Origin: Gemmatimonadota bacterium
GTDB lineage: Bacteria > JBHIER01 > G020348925
Assembly (NCBI GenBank): GCA_020348925.1
Contig: CP070758.1
Span: 1,770,030 to 1,834,029 of the forward strand
Direction of reading: 5' to 3'
Length of the DNA: 64,000 bases
In this document: positions 38,303 through 48,880 of the stretch, in pieces
Layout of the letters: the number at the start of each line of letters is the position of its first letter
Numbering within the stretch: position 1 is the first letter of the stretch
Program-made: the position numbers and the translations under genes
Notes under the pieces: model-generated
Told to the model about the DNA's origin: nothing
Database searches by the model: none
What the model saw: the letters and a program-made list of their open reading frames with translations, nothing else

Positions 38303-40003
38303 TCAACGAAGCCGTGGGTGTTCTCGTGAAAAATATTCCTTGCTCAGCTTAACGACAACTCCCGATAGGGCAATGATGGCGATGAGATTGGGAATCGACA
38401 TCAGCCCCAGAGCCGTATCCCCAAAACCCCACACCACTTCGAGGGAGAAGATCGCCCCCAAAAAATGCATGACGACATATACAAACTTGTACGGCAGAAC
38501 GGCCCGAGGGCCGAAGAGGTACTGTGCGCTGCGGTCCCCGTAATACGACCAACTTATGGCCGTGGAGATGGCAAAGAGAAAGACAGCGATGGTGACTAAG
38601 AGATTGCCGTACCCTCCCAGAATAGGACGTAAGCCCATCTGAAAGGACCAGGCCGTGAGCGGAGATCCGTGCTGGAGCATGAGGCCCTCGATGTGGACGT
38701 CGGTCACATCCAGTGATCTCCCGTTGCTGCCAACAACACCTGTCACCGAGCCTTCGTCCGAAACATCAAAAGTGCCCGTGAAGGATTCATCCCCATGTAG
38801 AATATGGCTCTGTTCGACAATTCCGTCCCGCCTGACGAAGAGTACGCCCTCGGCCACCCCATCCCTCACGGAGAATGACCCTTGGTACACGTCGTCATCG
38901 TCGATCTCCCCCTTCATCTCAATCACTCCTGTGCCTCTGATAACGGTGATGTTGCTCTTTGTCTCGAAAGGGATTTTTTCGGGTTTTTTCCGGTGCCACG
39001 TTCCCATAATACAGATAACGAGCCCGGTAATGGTACAAATCGTTATCGTATCGATGAAAGGTCCGATCATGGCCACCGTTCCCTCGCGCACCGATTCCTT
39101 TGTCTTCGCTGCTGCGTGGGCGATGGGGGCTGATCCCTGTCCGGCTTCGTTGGAGAAGAGTCCCCGTTTGACCCCCCAGATGAGGGTCCACATGAATGTC
39201 GAACCCGCGAAGCCACCGATTCCCGCAGTGGGCGTGAAGGCTTGTTTGAAAATGAGGGCGAATGTGGCCGGAATCTGGTCGTAATTCAACACCAGGACCA
39301 ACAGACCGCCGGCAACGTAAGTGATGGCCATGGCCGGAGCGAGACGACAGGCCACCTGGCCGATTCTTCTGATGCCGCCGAGGATAACGAGGGCGACGAG
39401 ACTGGACGTCATGAGCCCCGTGATCCAGGGGGGGATGCCCAGATCGGCCCGAAAGCTGTCGGCGACGGTGAATGATTGTATGGCATTTCCCGTTCCGAAG
39501 GAGCAGATGACTGCCAGGGCGGCGAAAAGAACCCCCAGCCATTTCCACTGCGGTCCCAATCCTCTCTCAATGTAATACATCGGACCACCTGAGGCCGATC
39601 CGTCCGGATGAAGAATACGATAGAAGTGGGAAAGGGCGCACTCGACGTACTTCGTGCACATTCCGAAGATAGCTGTCACCCACATCCAGAAAAGTGCCCC
39701 AGGACCACCATAATGGATGGCCGTCGCCACCCCCGCGATGTTGCCGATCCCGACAGTCGCCGAGAGGGCCGCCGACAGTGCCTGAAAATGACTGATATCG
39801 CCCTCATCCCTGGGATCGTCGTAATGACCGGCAATGACCTCCAGGCTGTGACGAAATTTACGGATCTGGACAAACCGGAGGCGTACCGTCAGAAAGATTC
39901 CGGTGCCGACGAGAAGAACGACCAGAAAGGGCAACTGCGGAGGCCAACTCCAGACAATCTCCTGAACCGCATCGATCACGTTTTTCACGGTCTCCATACT
40001 CAT
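38303..40003 (-). CDS. Alanine/glycine:cation symporter (AGCS family) with an unusual ~110-aa soluble insertion.
   Basis: AGCS N-terminal signature FQALSAALSATVGIGNIAGVATAIHYGGPGALFWMWVTAIFGMCTKYVECAL. Insertion: KKPEKIPFETKSN...DGVAEGVLFVRRDG...VTDVHIEGLMLQHGSPL, lying between TM blocks. Confidence 0.8.
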   Translation of the reverse strand: MSMETVKNVIDAVQEIVWSWPPQLPFLVVLLVGTGIFLTVRLRFVQIRKFRHSLEVIAGHYDDPRDEGDISHFQALSAALSATVGIGNIAGVATAIHYGGPGALFWMWVTAIFGMCTKYVECALSHFYRILHPDGSASGGPMYYIERGLGPQWKWLGVLFAALAVICSFGTGNAIQSFTVADSFRADLGIPPWITGLMTSSLVALVILGGIRRIGQVACRLAPAMAITYVAGGLLVLVLNYDQIPATFALIFKQAFTPTAGIGGFAGSTFMWTLIWGVKRGLFSNEAGQGSAPIAHAAAKTKESVREGTVAMIGPFIDTITICTITGLVICIMGTWHRKKPEKIPFETKSNITVIRGTGVIEMKGEIDDDDVYQGSFSVRDGVAEGVLFVRRDGIVEQSHILHGDESFTGTFDVSDEGSVTGVVGSNGRSLDVTDVHIEGLMLQHGSPLTAWSFQMGLRPILGGYGNLLVTIAVFLFAISTAISWSYYGDRSAQYLFGPRAVLPYKFVYVVMHFLGAIFSLEVVWGFGDTALGLMSIPNLIAIIALSGVVVKLSKEYFSREHPRLR

Positions 40004-40393
40004 CTCCTCAAAGAACCGATACGCCTGGGAATGGGTTATTCAACTCCCTGCAAAACAGATGCAAAGGAGCCTGCTCTTTGCCGCAGGGAACATCCTGCCT
40101 CCCAAGGAACGTGAGCTCCTTGGTGTGGGCCAGGGGCAATATGTATCACAATAACTCTTTTTTGTATGGTTGTCAATAAAAAAATCGAAAATTTTTGACC
40201 GGCAATTTTTAACAGGTGAGGTAAGAACGTAGAAATTAAACAAACATTCAAAAAAGTACTTGACTTTCCCCCTGAAAAATATAAAAATTATACATACTAT
40301 GTCTCAGTCCTGTTATCGGACCAACTGCGTGCACTCATGTCGAAGACAGCGCAAAAAGAGATACGATGTGACAAAAAGGAGGAGTGAAAAAGA

Positions 40394-41581
40394 ATGGACA
40401 CCTTCTATTTCGATTTTCGCGACGTATTCCGAGCGGCCAGAATCGGACTCAGTGGCAAGAAGATGTGGACCCTGTTCCTCTCTCTGGCCCTGGCCCATTT
40501 CGTGTATCTCGTCTTAGGATATCTCGCCTTGCTGGCCAGCGGATTCTCCCTTCAGACCATCTGGGGTTCCTACGGATTGTTTCCGGTAGCCGTCGTTGAC
40601 CAATTTGCCTGGTACAGCTGGCTTCTCTTCGGGGCCGCAATCATTCTCTGTATCATCATCTTTTTATTCGCCAGTGCGATAGTTGCCAGAATCACGTTCC
40701 AGCAATTGAAAGGTGACGAGCTGTGCGCCTTCAGCGAAGCCTACAGGTTCTCCAAGAGGCACTGGAAAGCCGTCGTCGTTACACCGTTCAGTTACATCGT
40801 GATTGTCGCTTTTATCGTCTTGTGCGGACTCATTCTCGGACTTGTGGCCCGAATCCCATACGTGGGCGAATTGGGATTCTCGATCTTTCTCGTCCCTATT
40901 GTTTTTGTCGCCATCTTCATCGTATTCATGGCGGTGGTTGCGGTATTCTCCTTCATCCTGAGTCCGGCCATTGTGGCCACAGCTGGTGAGGATACAATGG
41001 AGACCGGCATTCAGAATTTCTCCATCGTGTGGAGTCAAACCTGGCGTTTGGTTGTTTATGAGGCTATTCTGAAAGCGACGACGGCCGTGGGTTTCTATGT
41101 TCTCAGTCTCATCACCTTCATAGCCTTGGTGCTCACCTACTGGGTTTGTGGTCTCTTTATGGGCCCGAAAATGGCCCACATTGCCAGCAAAGCCCTCGGC
41201 TATCTCCCGGCATCGTGCCCCTTCTTTGAGAACTTCACCCAATACTTTTGGATACCAAGTCTTTCTCCTTGGCTGCCCACCCTCCCCATTCCCGGGAAAA
41301 TGGGAATCACGGGAGAAATCTCCGCCATTATCTGCGGAGTCTCTCTCGTCCTTGTTATGTGGGGGGTTGTCTCCTATTCCTGGTCAACATTAACTGCGGG
41401 CCAAGCGATCATTTACCTCATACTCAGAAAAAAGAAGGACGACGAAAACCTGCTGGATCGAGAGGAAGAAGAGGAAGACAAGAGCATAAACCTCGAAGGG
41501 AGCGAAGCAAGACCTGGGGAAAATGAGGAGGGAGGCGGGTTGTCGGAGACGGGATCTCTTCAAGTAAACGAGAACACATAG
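40394..41581 (+). CDS. Hypothetical polytopic membrane protein with an acidic C-terminal tail.
   Basis: About 8 hydrophobic helices. The C-terminus DREEEEEDKSINLEGSEARPGENEEGGG is acidic low-complexity. No family recognised. Confidence 0.45.
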   Translation: MDTFYFDFRDVFRAARIGLSGKKMWTLFLSLALAHFVYLVLGYLALLASGFSLQTIWGSYGLFPVAVVDQFAWYSWLLFGAAIILCIIIFLFASAIVARITFQQLKGDELCAFSEAYRFSKRHWKAVVVTPFSYIVIVAFIVLCGLILGLVARIPYVGELGFSIFLVPIVFVAIFIVFMAVVAVFSFILSPAIVATAGEDTMETGIQNFSIVWSQTWRLVVYEAILKATTAVGFYVLSLITFIALVLTYWVCGLFMGPKMAHIASKALGYLPASCPFFENFTQYFWIPSLSPWLPTLPIPGKMGITGEISAIICGVSLVLVMWGVVSYSWSTLTAGQAIIYLILRKKKDDENLLDREEEEEDKSINLEGSEARPGENEEGGGLSETGSLQVNENT

Positions 41582-41995
41582 AGATTCGTACCGAGTAATC
41601 CACAACCGCCAGCAAGGACGGAGCTTTGTGATTCGGTCTAAGTCAATCGACAAGATCGAAGCTTACGTCAATCGGGTATGGCCACGAAGCCCGTATCGTT
41701 TCGCGATCAGGTTTTTACTTCATTGTGTGCAATTTTTGTGGCGACACAAAACCGATCCGCTGACCCTTCTATCCGCTTTCCGAGTATGCCGTGGATACAT
41801 CAAGCCTTTTGGACCACCCGGTTTTCTCTCGTCCATCGTCCCGGCCTTCAATGGACGCTCTCATACTTCCCCCAGGGACAAATCCAAGCCGTCACTTTAA
41901 CATTGACAGAATGGTGGAGCGACCATATATTGTAAAACTTTTCGAGAAATAGAGATTCGGAAGAGAGTTCACATTTTTCTGGGACACATCGCAGC

Positions 41996-43801
41996 ATGGA
42001 TTGGAACACACAGAATATCCGTAATTTTTGCATCATCGCTCATATTGACCACGGCAAATCGACCCTGGCCGATCGGTTGTTGGAGTTCACAGGCACCGTC
42101 TCGGCTGCGGATATGATCAATCAGGTTCTGGATGACATGGATTTGGAGCGGGAGCGGGGCATTACGATCAAATCCCATCCCATTCGGATGGATTACACAT
42201 CGAAAGGCGGCGGCACGTATATCCTCAACCTTATCGACACCCCCGGGCACGTCGATTTTTCCTACGAAGTTTCAAGGAGCCTGGCGGCCTGCGAAGGAGC
42301 CTTATTGGTCGTCGATGCCGCCCAGGGTATTGAAGCACAGACGATCAGCAACCTCTTTCTGGCTCTTGAAAACAATTTGACCGTCATCCCCGTCATTAAT
42401 AAGATCGATCTGAAGAACGCCCAGATCGATGTTGTCACCCGACAGATTTCGGAACTCACAGGTGCTTCGGAGAAGGAGATCCTGTTGGTCAGTGCCAAAG
42501 AAGGTTCCGGCACGGAAGAAGTATTGGAGGCGATTGTAGACCGCATTGCACCTCCCTCTCTGCACCCCGACAATCCCAGTCGAGCCCTCATCTTCGACTC
42601 TCAGTTCGATCAATATCGCGGTGCCGTCCCCTACATTCGGGTTTTTGACGGGATCTTCAAACAAGGGATGCGGATACAACTGTGCTCCAGCGGTAAGGAA
42701 TTTGAGGTGGACGAGGTCGGCATCTTTCGGTTGAATCGCATCAAACGAACGAGCCTTTCAGCCGGCGAGGTCGGGTACCTTGTGGCCAACATTAAAAAGG
42801 TTTCAGACACAAAGGTCGGCGACACGATCGCCGCTGCTCATGGGCCAACGATCGCTCCTCTGCCGGGCTACAAGGAGGTCAAACCGATGGTCTTCAGCGG
42901 CCTCTATCCAACGAACAGCGATGATTATGAGGAACTGGGATACGCCCTGGAGCGTTTGAAACTCAACGATGCCTCATTGAGTTATGAACCGGAATCCTCC
43001 GCAGCGCTTGGATTCGGGTTTCGCTGTGGATTTCTCGGTCTGCTCCACATGGAAATCATTCAGGAGCGTCTGGACCGAGAGTACGGCCTGGACATCATCA
43101 CCACGGTGCCCAATGTCAAGTATCGGCTCCTGTTGACCACTGGGGAACGGATCTTCGTCGAAAATCCAGCCGCTATGCCGGAGGTACGCCTCATCGAGGC
43201 CATTGAGGAGCCCTATATCAAGGCTCATATTATTGCTCCGGCCGATTATGTCGGGACGGTTATGAAACTTATGAAGGAACGAAGGAGTCTCTTTAAGACG
43301 ATGGACTATCTCGATCGGACCAAGGTCGATCTCCACTACGAACTGCCCTTTTCCGAGATCGTCTTTGACTTTTACGATAGACTGAAGTCTGTGAGCCGCG
43401 GATACGCCTCTTTTGACTACGACTATATCGATTACAGACCATCGAGCCTGGTAAAATTGGAGATTTTACTCAACAACGTGCCGGTGGATGCACTCTCATC
43501 CATTGTCCACAAGGATCGAGCCTACGAGTGGGGGCGAGAACTCTGCCAGCGATTGCGCACCATCATCCCCAGGCAGCTCATTCAAGTGGTTATTCAGGCG
43601 GCCATCGGCAGCCGTATCATCGCCCGGGAATCGATCGCTCCGCTGAAAAAAAATGTGACGGCAAAATGCTACGGCGGCGACATCACCCGCAAGAGAAAAT
43701 TGCTCGAACGGCAGAAGGAAGGGAAAAAACGCATGAAACAGGTGGGAAAAGTCGAAATCCCCCAGGAAGCTTTTCTGGCTATCCTGAAAGCGGAAAGATG
43801 A
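41996..43801 (+). CDS. lepA: Elongation factor 4 (LepA).
   Basis: [22 protein letters not shown] (G1), [13 protein letters not shown], and the LepA-specific C-terminal domain ...[22 protein letters not shown]. Confidence 0.95.
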   Translation: MDWNTQNIRNFCIIAHIDHGKSTLADRLLEFTGTVSAADMINQVLDDMDLERERGITIKSHPIRMDYTSKGGGTYILNLIDTPGHVDFSYEVSRSLAACEGALLVVDAAQGIEAQTISNLFLALENNLTVIPVINKIDLKNAQIDVVTRQISELTGASEKEILLVSAKEGSGTEEVLEAIVDRIAPPSLHPDNPSRALIFDSQFDQYRGAVPYIRVFDGIFKQGMRIQLCSSGKEFEVDEVGIFRLNRIKRTSLSAGEVGYLVANIKKVSDTKVGDTIAAAHGPTIAPLPGYKEVKPMVFSGLYPTNSDDYEELGYALERLKLNDASLSYEPESSAALGFGFRCGFLGLLHMEIIQERLDREYGLDIITTVPNVKYRLLLTTGERIFVENPAAMPEVRLIEAIEEPYIKAHIIAPADYVGTVMKLMKERRSLFKTMDYLDRTKVDLHYELPFSEIVFDFYDRLKSVSRGYASFDYDYIDYRPSSLVKLEILLNNVPVDALSSIVHKDRAYEWGRELCQRLRTIIPRQLIQVVIQAAIGSRIIARESIAPLKKNVTAKCYGGDITRKRKLLERQKEGKKRMKQVGKVEIPQEAFLAILKAER

Positions 43802-43857
43802 AGGGATACCACGTCCCCTGTTCTCGCTCAAATGACTTTGGAGAGGAGGAACTCAAA

Positions 43858-44685
43858 GTGACGCGCAAAAAACAGAAAAAGAGAAAATCAATCATTCGTG
43901 AATATATGGAATCCATCGTCGTGGCCGTCTTTTTGGTCATGTTCATCATCCGCCCGTTTGTTGTTCAGGCATTTCGTATTCCCTCGGGTTCAATGGAGGA
44001 TGCGCTCTTGGTGGGGGATTTTCTCTTGGTCAACAAGTTCATCTACGGAGCGAAGAGTATTGACAGAATTCCCCTCACAAAGATCGATATTCCATATTTC
44101 ACCCTGCCCGCTTTGACCGATCCGAAACCGGGAGACATCATTGTCTTCCGGGCACCGCACGAACCTGATAAGGACTTCATTAAACGGTGTATCGCCGTTC
44201 CAGGCCAGACGCTTGAGATCAAAGACAAAATTGTGTATATCGACGGCAAAAAAATGGAAAATCCACCGAAGGCGAAGCACATCACGAATTATTCCATCCC
44301 CAAGGCGGCCGGTCTTCGTGACAACTTCGGCCCAGCCCGGGTACCGACCGAAGGGGATACCCTCCGTTTCGCCAACTTAAACGAATACGAATATGAGTTA
44401 TTGAGGATGTATCTCGAATACAAGGGAGAGGCCCTGGCAACAAAGGGAAACGGATTTACGTTGAATGGCCGGAGTGCAAACTTTTACATTATGGACGAGG
44501 ATTGCTATTTTATGATGGGCGACAACAGAGACAACAGTCGTGACAGTCGCTTCTGGGGTTGGCTTCCCAGAAAAGACATTCGAGGAAAGGCCCTCATCCT
44601 CTACTGGTCCTGGAACAGCGAGCCACCTCTCTACGACATCTTTCACAAGGTTCGATGGGGTCGCATCGGATGGCTCATCAAGTGA
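43858..44685 (+). CDS. lepB: Signal peptidase I (LepB).
   Basis: A GTG start preceded by the strong RBS ggagaggagg. Basic N-terminus plus TM (RKKQKKRKSIIREYMESIVVAVFLVMFII). Catalytic Ser box IPSGSMEDAL. GDNRDNSRDSRFWGWLP (box E). The six-frame ORF extends upstream to 43528, but that part overlaps the lepA 3' end. Confidence 0.8.
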   Translation: MTRKKQKKRKSIIREYMESIVVAVFLVMFIIRPFVVQAFRIPSGSMEDALLVGDFLLVNKFIYGAKSIDRIPLTKIDIPYFTLPALTDPKPGDIIVFRAPHEPDKDFIKRCIAVPGQTLEIKDKIVYIDGKKMENPPKAKHITNYSIPKAAGLRDNFGPARVPTEGDTLRFANLNEYEYELLRMYLEYKGEALATKGNGFTLNGRSANFYIMDEDCYFMMGDNRDNSRDSRFWGWLPRKDIRGKALILYWSWNSEPPLYDIFHKVRWGRIGWLIK

Positions 44686-44763
44686 AATCTTTCCTCGTAA
44701 TCCTGCCGTTGTCTCTCAGCATTTCGGCTGTTTTAAGGAATCATGGAGATACGATAGACTCCT

Positions 44764-45537
44764 GTGCAGAGTGACATTGAAAAAGCCAGCACGTTTATCA
44801 GAGAGGCGAAAAGAATGGTAGCCTTCACAGGGGCTGGGATCTCCGAAGAGAGCGGTATCCCCACCTACCGGGACACAAACGGCCTGTGGACCAAATATGA
44901 TCCCAGCAAATATGCCAGTATAGATTATTTCCTGCAGGATCCTTCGTACTATTGGCATTTCTTCCGGGAAGTCCGATATCCGCTGCTCTTCGAGAGTGCA
45001 CAACCCAATCCTGGCCACCTGGCACTGGCCGATTTGGAGCGCACGGGCAAGCTTCGGTGCGTCATTACGCAGAACATCGACGGACTACACCAGGAGGCGG
45101 GATCGACGCGGGTCATCGAGCTTCACGGGAACACCCGCATTATCCGGTGCCTGGAGTGTTCCAAAGAGTTCACTGCCGAAAAAGTGTACGAGATGACGGA
45201 AACGAGGATCCCCCCCCTTTGCACCGATTGCGGTGGTCTTTTAAAGCCGGCCGTCGTCTTCTTCGGCGAACAGCTTCCTCAGGATGCGGTTCATGATGCT
45301 TATGCTGAGGCCGAAGCCTGCGATCTGTTTCTTGTCGTCGGAAGCTCCCTCGTCGTCTATCCCGCTGCACATATTCCTGTTCGGGCAAAGGAATGCGGCG
45401 CGAGACTCGTCATCATCAACAAAGAGCCCACCGTCATGGACACTCTGGCCGATGCCGTCCTCAACGCCAAGGCCGGTACGACACTTCCTCAAATCATTGC
45501 GACTCCCGCACCTCAGAGGAATACTCCGAAAACGTGA
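44764..45537 (+). CDS. cobB: NAD-dependent protein deacylase (Sir2 family, CobB-like).
   Basis: VAFTGAGISEESGIPTYRD, TQNIDGLHQ, HGN. Zn ribbon CLEC...CTDCGG. VFFGEQLP. The GTG start is at 44764 (alternative ATG 44815). Confidence 0.85.
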   Translation: MQSDIEKASTFIREAKRMVAFTGAGISEESGIPTYRDTNGLWTKYDPSKYASIDYFLQDPSYYWHFFREVRYPLLFESAQPNPGHLALADLERTGKLRCVITQNIDGLHQEAGSTRVIELHGNTRIIRCLECSKEFTAEKVYEMTETRIPPLCTDCGGLLKPAVVFFGEQLPQDAVHDAYAEAEACDLFLVVGSSLVVYPAAHIPVRAKECGARLVIINKEPTVMDTLADAVLNAKAGTTLPQIIATPAPQRNTPKT

Positions 45538-45937
45538 TCCAGGTTTCCCCTTTTACCACCACCCCTCCACCATTAAACACCTTGACAGTGAGTCTGGGAT
45601 GTCATATCTTTTGTTCCAAAGAATAGCGGAGAAGGGGTCGAGCCGGATGGACAGGGACCCCGTGAACGGTTGGACACGGAGGAGAATTTATATCGCAGAT
45701 CGATTCCTCCGTCAATTTTTTTAGGAGCATGATAACAACTGAAAGATGATGGGAGCGAGCAGAGCCATAGGTAACCTGAAAAAGGATCACACTCAATCTC
45801 GGACCGTGAGATTGCCTGGGCAAAAAAATACCGAAAAGACTCTTTTTTTGACTTAAGTCAAGGTGTTCCAAAATGTTCTTATATATTTTCAAATTTCCAA
45901 TATGAAGTGCACGGACGATACACATAAAGGGCACGAT

Positions 45938-48691
45938 ATGTTTTTCAGACTCATTCTTCTTTTTGTAAGTACTGCTATGTTTTGGCCAGTTCTGGTGCAC
46001 GGCCAGGAGATTCTCAAGCAATTGCAGGCGCCGGGCTCTGAACCGAGGGGCTTGACCTGGGACGGCCACTCCCTGTGGTGTGCTGATGCCTCGGCACAAA
46101 GGGTCTATCAAATCGATCCTGACGACGGTCAGATCATCTCCTCATTCGACTACTCTATGGACTTCCAGTACGGAGGGCTGGGCTGGAGCCCCGAGGGATA
46201 TCTTTGGATCACAGATTACCGGGAGAGTCAAAGCTGGTTCGACAAGGTCCACCCGACATCGGGCAGCGTGATCTCCTCGTTCCACTGCCCAGGCGGGTGA
46301 ACCGCTCGAGGTGCAGGGGTGGCCAGTCTGGCCATCGACACTCTCTGGTACTCCGACAGGAGGCAAAAATATATCGGTAAAACGACCACATCAGGGTATT
46401 TGGTCGAAAACATTGAAACGTTCGACTCATTGATTCGCGACATAGCCTGGGACGGGACCCATATCTGGGCCATATCACTCGAGGGAACGATCAAGAAATT
46501 CAGCACCTCAGGCGATCTGATCGAGACATACGCCGGGCTCCTCAGCGGCGGATGGGGGCTGACCTATGATGGTGCCTATGTGTGGGCCTCCGATCCGGGA
46601 ACGAACAAAATTTACAAACTTCTCTTCCCGGGCTTGGGCGACAAAACACCACCTTCCGCTCCCGCGCTCACATCCGACACGCACCCATCCCAGGACGACT
46701 GGTACAGGCAGGACAGTCCCACCCTCAACTGGACCCCCCCTGCAGATCCCTCGGGCATAAGCGGATACAGTTACGCAGTGAACCACGAATCCACATTTTC
46801 TCCGGATACAACCAGTGAGGGTTGGCTGACAACCGCCACGTACAGCGACCTGACTGACGGCACATGGTATTTCCACTGCCGGGCCAGAGACGGCGTAGGC
46901 AATTGGAGCACGGCGAATCATTACCGTATCAGAATCGACACACAAGCCCCTGCCCCCCCCATCAACCCCACCGTTTTTCCCAGCGGATGGACCAACGACA
47001 GTATTTTCCAAGTCCACTGGACTAATCCTCCCGACAGTTCGGCCATAGCCGGTGTCTATTACAAGATCGGACCACCTCCTGAACACGGGGAAGATGGGAC
47101 GTTTTCTTCGACGATACCTCTATTTCTCGCAGCCCCGGCTGAAGGCGAAAACGCTGTGCATCTCTGGCTCGAAGACGGCGCAGGGAACAAGGACGAGGCC
47201 TCTCGCGCCGATGCCGTTCTCCCGTATGATGCCACCGGACCTCAGGAGGGGACTATTTTAATAAACGCCGGCGCTGAAGCTACAGTATCAACCACGGTCA
47301 CTTTAGCCAATCTAAACGCTGTTGATGCCTTGAGCGGCATGGAACCAGGGGCACAGATGCGGTTCAGCAACGACGGTACGACCTGGTCTCCGGCCGAAGA
47401 CTATACGAGCCTCAAGACCAACTGGGATCTCTCCTCGTATGGGGGGACGAGTCAACCGGGACCCAAGACGGTCTCCGTCATATACCGCGATGCCGCCGGC
47501 AACTGGTCAGATCCCTTCAGCGACGACATTCTTCTCTCTGAACCCCTGGCTATTGTCACCGATTCCCTGCCCGGAGGTGCTGTGGGCTTTGCCTACGAGG
47601 AGACTTTGGTTGCAACAGGAGGGGTACCGCCTTATAGCTGGAGCATATCCTCCGGAGCGCTTCCCAACAATCTGACGCTCACTCCCGACGGCACAATCAC
47701 CGGTGTGCCTGATGAAGCCGGTCCTTCGAATTTTATCGTCGAGGCGATCGACCCCTATTCGAGTTCTCAGTTCCGAGCTTACACAATCACCATATTCATC
47801 GGGGCAACCAAAGGGGACATAAACGGCGACTCCGAGGTCGATCTTCGCGATATACTCCCTGTTGTCGGATATATTCTGGGACGAAGCGGGTTGACGCAGT
47901 CGCAGCTCTGGTCGGCTGATGCCTTTCCTGACGGATCAATCGACCTGTCCGACCTGGTGGCTTTAGCCCATCTCATCGTCGGGCAATCGTCCGGAGCCGC
48001 GAGGGTCTCATATTCTGGGGGAGGTCCATCCGTTCTCCGGGCCTCACACACATATGATGCTCCATCATCAACCGTGACTCTGTTCCTCGACAACGGAGTA
48101 CCTGTCGGTGGCCTTCAACTCGAGGTACGATTACCCCGGGACGCAACGCTTCGCAAGCCCCCTCAAGTCACCGACCGATGCGGATCTTTCACCGTGGACT
48201 ATACCAAGAATCACGACGATCTCACCGTCCTGACGTACACCCTCAACGGAGACGCGATCTTACCCGGGTCAGGACCCCTCTTGATGCTGTCTTTATCCTG
48301 CCCGGAAGATACGAAGGAACAGAACGCCATAATAGAAAAAGCATTTCTGGTCGGTGTCAGGGGCGAACCGCTCCCTCTCGACATTCGGACAGAATCTGTA
48401 GTGACTGCCCCCGTGGCACACGGTTTGGCACGCAACTATCCCAATCCTTTCAATCCTGAGACGTCCATCAGTTTTTCACTTCCTGCTGAGAACACCGTTT
48501 CCGTAATCATCTATGATGCTTTGGGCCGCAGGGTGAGAACAATCGCCGAGGAGACATTGAAGGCCGGAGTTCACACCATGCTTTGGGACGGACGTGATGA
48601 AGGCGGCCACGCATCGCCGAGCGGAGTCTATTATTGCAGAATTGACGGGGGAGATGTCGTTCACACACTAAAGTTGGCCCTCATCAGATAA
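45938..48691 (+). CDS. Secreted beta-propeller / PPxAP-module / putative-Ig / dockerin / cohesin-like protein ending in a T9SS C-terminal sorting domain. It is interrupted by one in-frame TGA at 46298-46300, presumed recoded (selenocysteine?).
   Basis: Signal peptide MFFRLILLFVSTAMFWPVLVHGQ. The ORFs 45863..46300 and 46319..48691 share a frame and are separated only by a TGA after ...FHCPGG. The second ORF has no signal peptide yet ends in a T9SS CTD (NYPNPFNPETSISFSLP...SGVYYCRI). Propeller-blade repeats: GLTWDGHSLWCAD...VYQID, IAWDGTHIWAIS...IKKF, GLTYDGAYVWASD...IYKL. Dockerin: GDINGDSEVDLRDILPVVGYIL...DGSIDLSDLVALAHLIVG. Confidence 0.6.
46298..46334 (+). promoter_or_regulatory. In-frame UGA with a downstream hairpin (tggccaGTCtggcca, 46320-46334). 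Candidate bacterial SECIS-like recoding element.
   Basis: The TGA at 46298-46300 is followed 19 nt later by a 6-bp perfect stem with a GUC loop. The E. coli fdhF SECIS apical loop is (A)GGUC(U). A homologous position in the paralog 48881..51319 has the same arrangement. Confidence 0.5.
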
Positions 48692-48880
48692 TATTTCCGT
48701 AGCAATGACATCATTTCCGCTTTAAATTGGAATATTTTACAGGACCCTTTCGGGATCGTGCGGAAGTTCCAAAAGGTCACTCCCGGTTTGGGGGAAAACG
48801 GTCTTCTCCTCAAAAGAGGAATAATCCCGAACCCCACGCTTCGGGCGGTGCGAACCAAGTTCGAAAGAGAGAGGTGGCTT

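Noticed and set aside
43528-43857. Upstream 110 codons of the lepB six-frame ORF.
   Set aside because: They overlap the conserved C-terminal domain of lepA in another frame and contain no signal-peptidase features. The GTG at 43858 with a strong RBS is preferred.
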